From contig RDEW01000017.1 of assembly GCA_011109175.1 (NCBI GenBank), positions 558,001 to 622,000 of the forward strand: 64,000 nucleotides of DNA. Reading direction: 5' to 3'. The notes beneath the pieces were generated by a model, which worked only from the letters and a program-made list of their open reading frames with translations, was not told the origin of the DNA and searched no databases. Position numbers and translations under genes: made by a program. The DNA comes from Dicyema japonicum (lineage: Eukaryota; Animalia; Dicyemida). How positions within the stretch are numbered: position 1 is the first letter of the stretch; every line of letters starts with the position of its first letter. Shown piece after piece: positions 63,601 through 64,000 of the stretch.

Positions 63601-64000
63601 TGAGGAAACTCTTTTGTTGGTAATTGAAGAGGGTTTTAGAGCAATTGGAAGTGTTGATTGTGAATTATTTTATATGATGATTAGGGCGAATTTTTAACTT
63701 AAAAAATAGAAAATTTAACCTAAAATTAATCTAAAAACTAAAAAAATTAACCCAAAAATTTAACTTTATAACTAATAATAAAAACACAAAACTTTTTGTT
63801 GCACATACAAATTACATAATTTTTTAAATTTCCTGGTAGAAAATGTCTGTTGGATCTAAGAAAATTCTTTATCTCAGAGAAACATCGTTCAACCGAGCAC
63901 TAAGTTGGCTAACAATTCAGGAGTAATGAATACTTGGCAGGATACATGTGTGAATTAATCATTTTAATTATGTTTGAAATATCATTTTTTGAAACCTTTT

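Overview
AT-rich eukaryotic nuclear DNA, almost certainly animal: the TIM23 is of metazoan type and PAPSS has the kinase-then-sulfurylase fusion. Host genes are split by ultra-short GT-AG introns, mostly 21-28 nt. Tiny introns plus a cilium-associated IQCE-like gene best fit a dicyemid-type reduced parasite, with myxozoan or orthonectid as alternatives (inference). Seven host genes are recognisable: USP36/42-like (partial), IQCE-like, LSM8, AMFR/gp78-like, TIM23, IMPAD1/BPNT2 and PAPSS. Much of the rest is a nested graveyard of non-LTR retrotransposons: RTE-like, I-group (Ingi/Vingi-like, one with a 2A peptide), CRE-like with an N-terminal PHD finger, and one R4-like fragment. There are also two tRNA-headed SINE-like families and a MITE. 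Best candidate for something new: an RTE lineage whose 5' end is a tRNA-derived head plus conserved hairpins running straight into the endonuclease ORF, with the same module dispersed as SINE-like copies. Also notable: a 22-nt 5' motif shared by RTE and I-group LINEs, PAPSS and IMPAD1 under 8 kb apart, splicing that looks length-defined, and an R4-like RT resembling microsporidian elements. All alignments were done by eye, so element boundaries are approximate (tens of nt).
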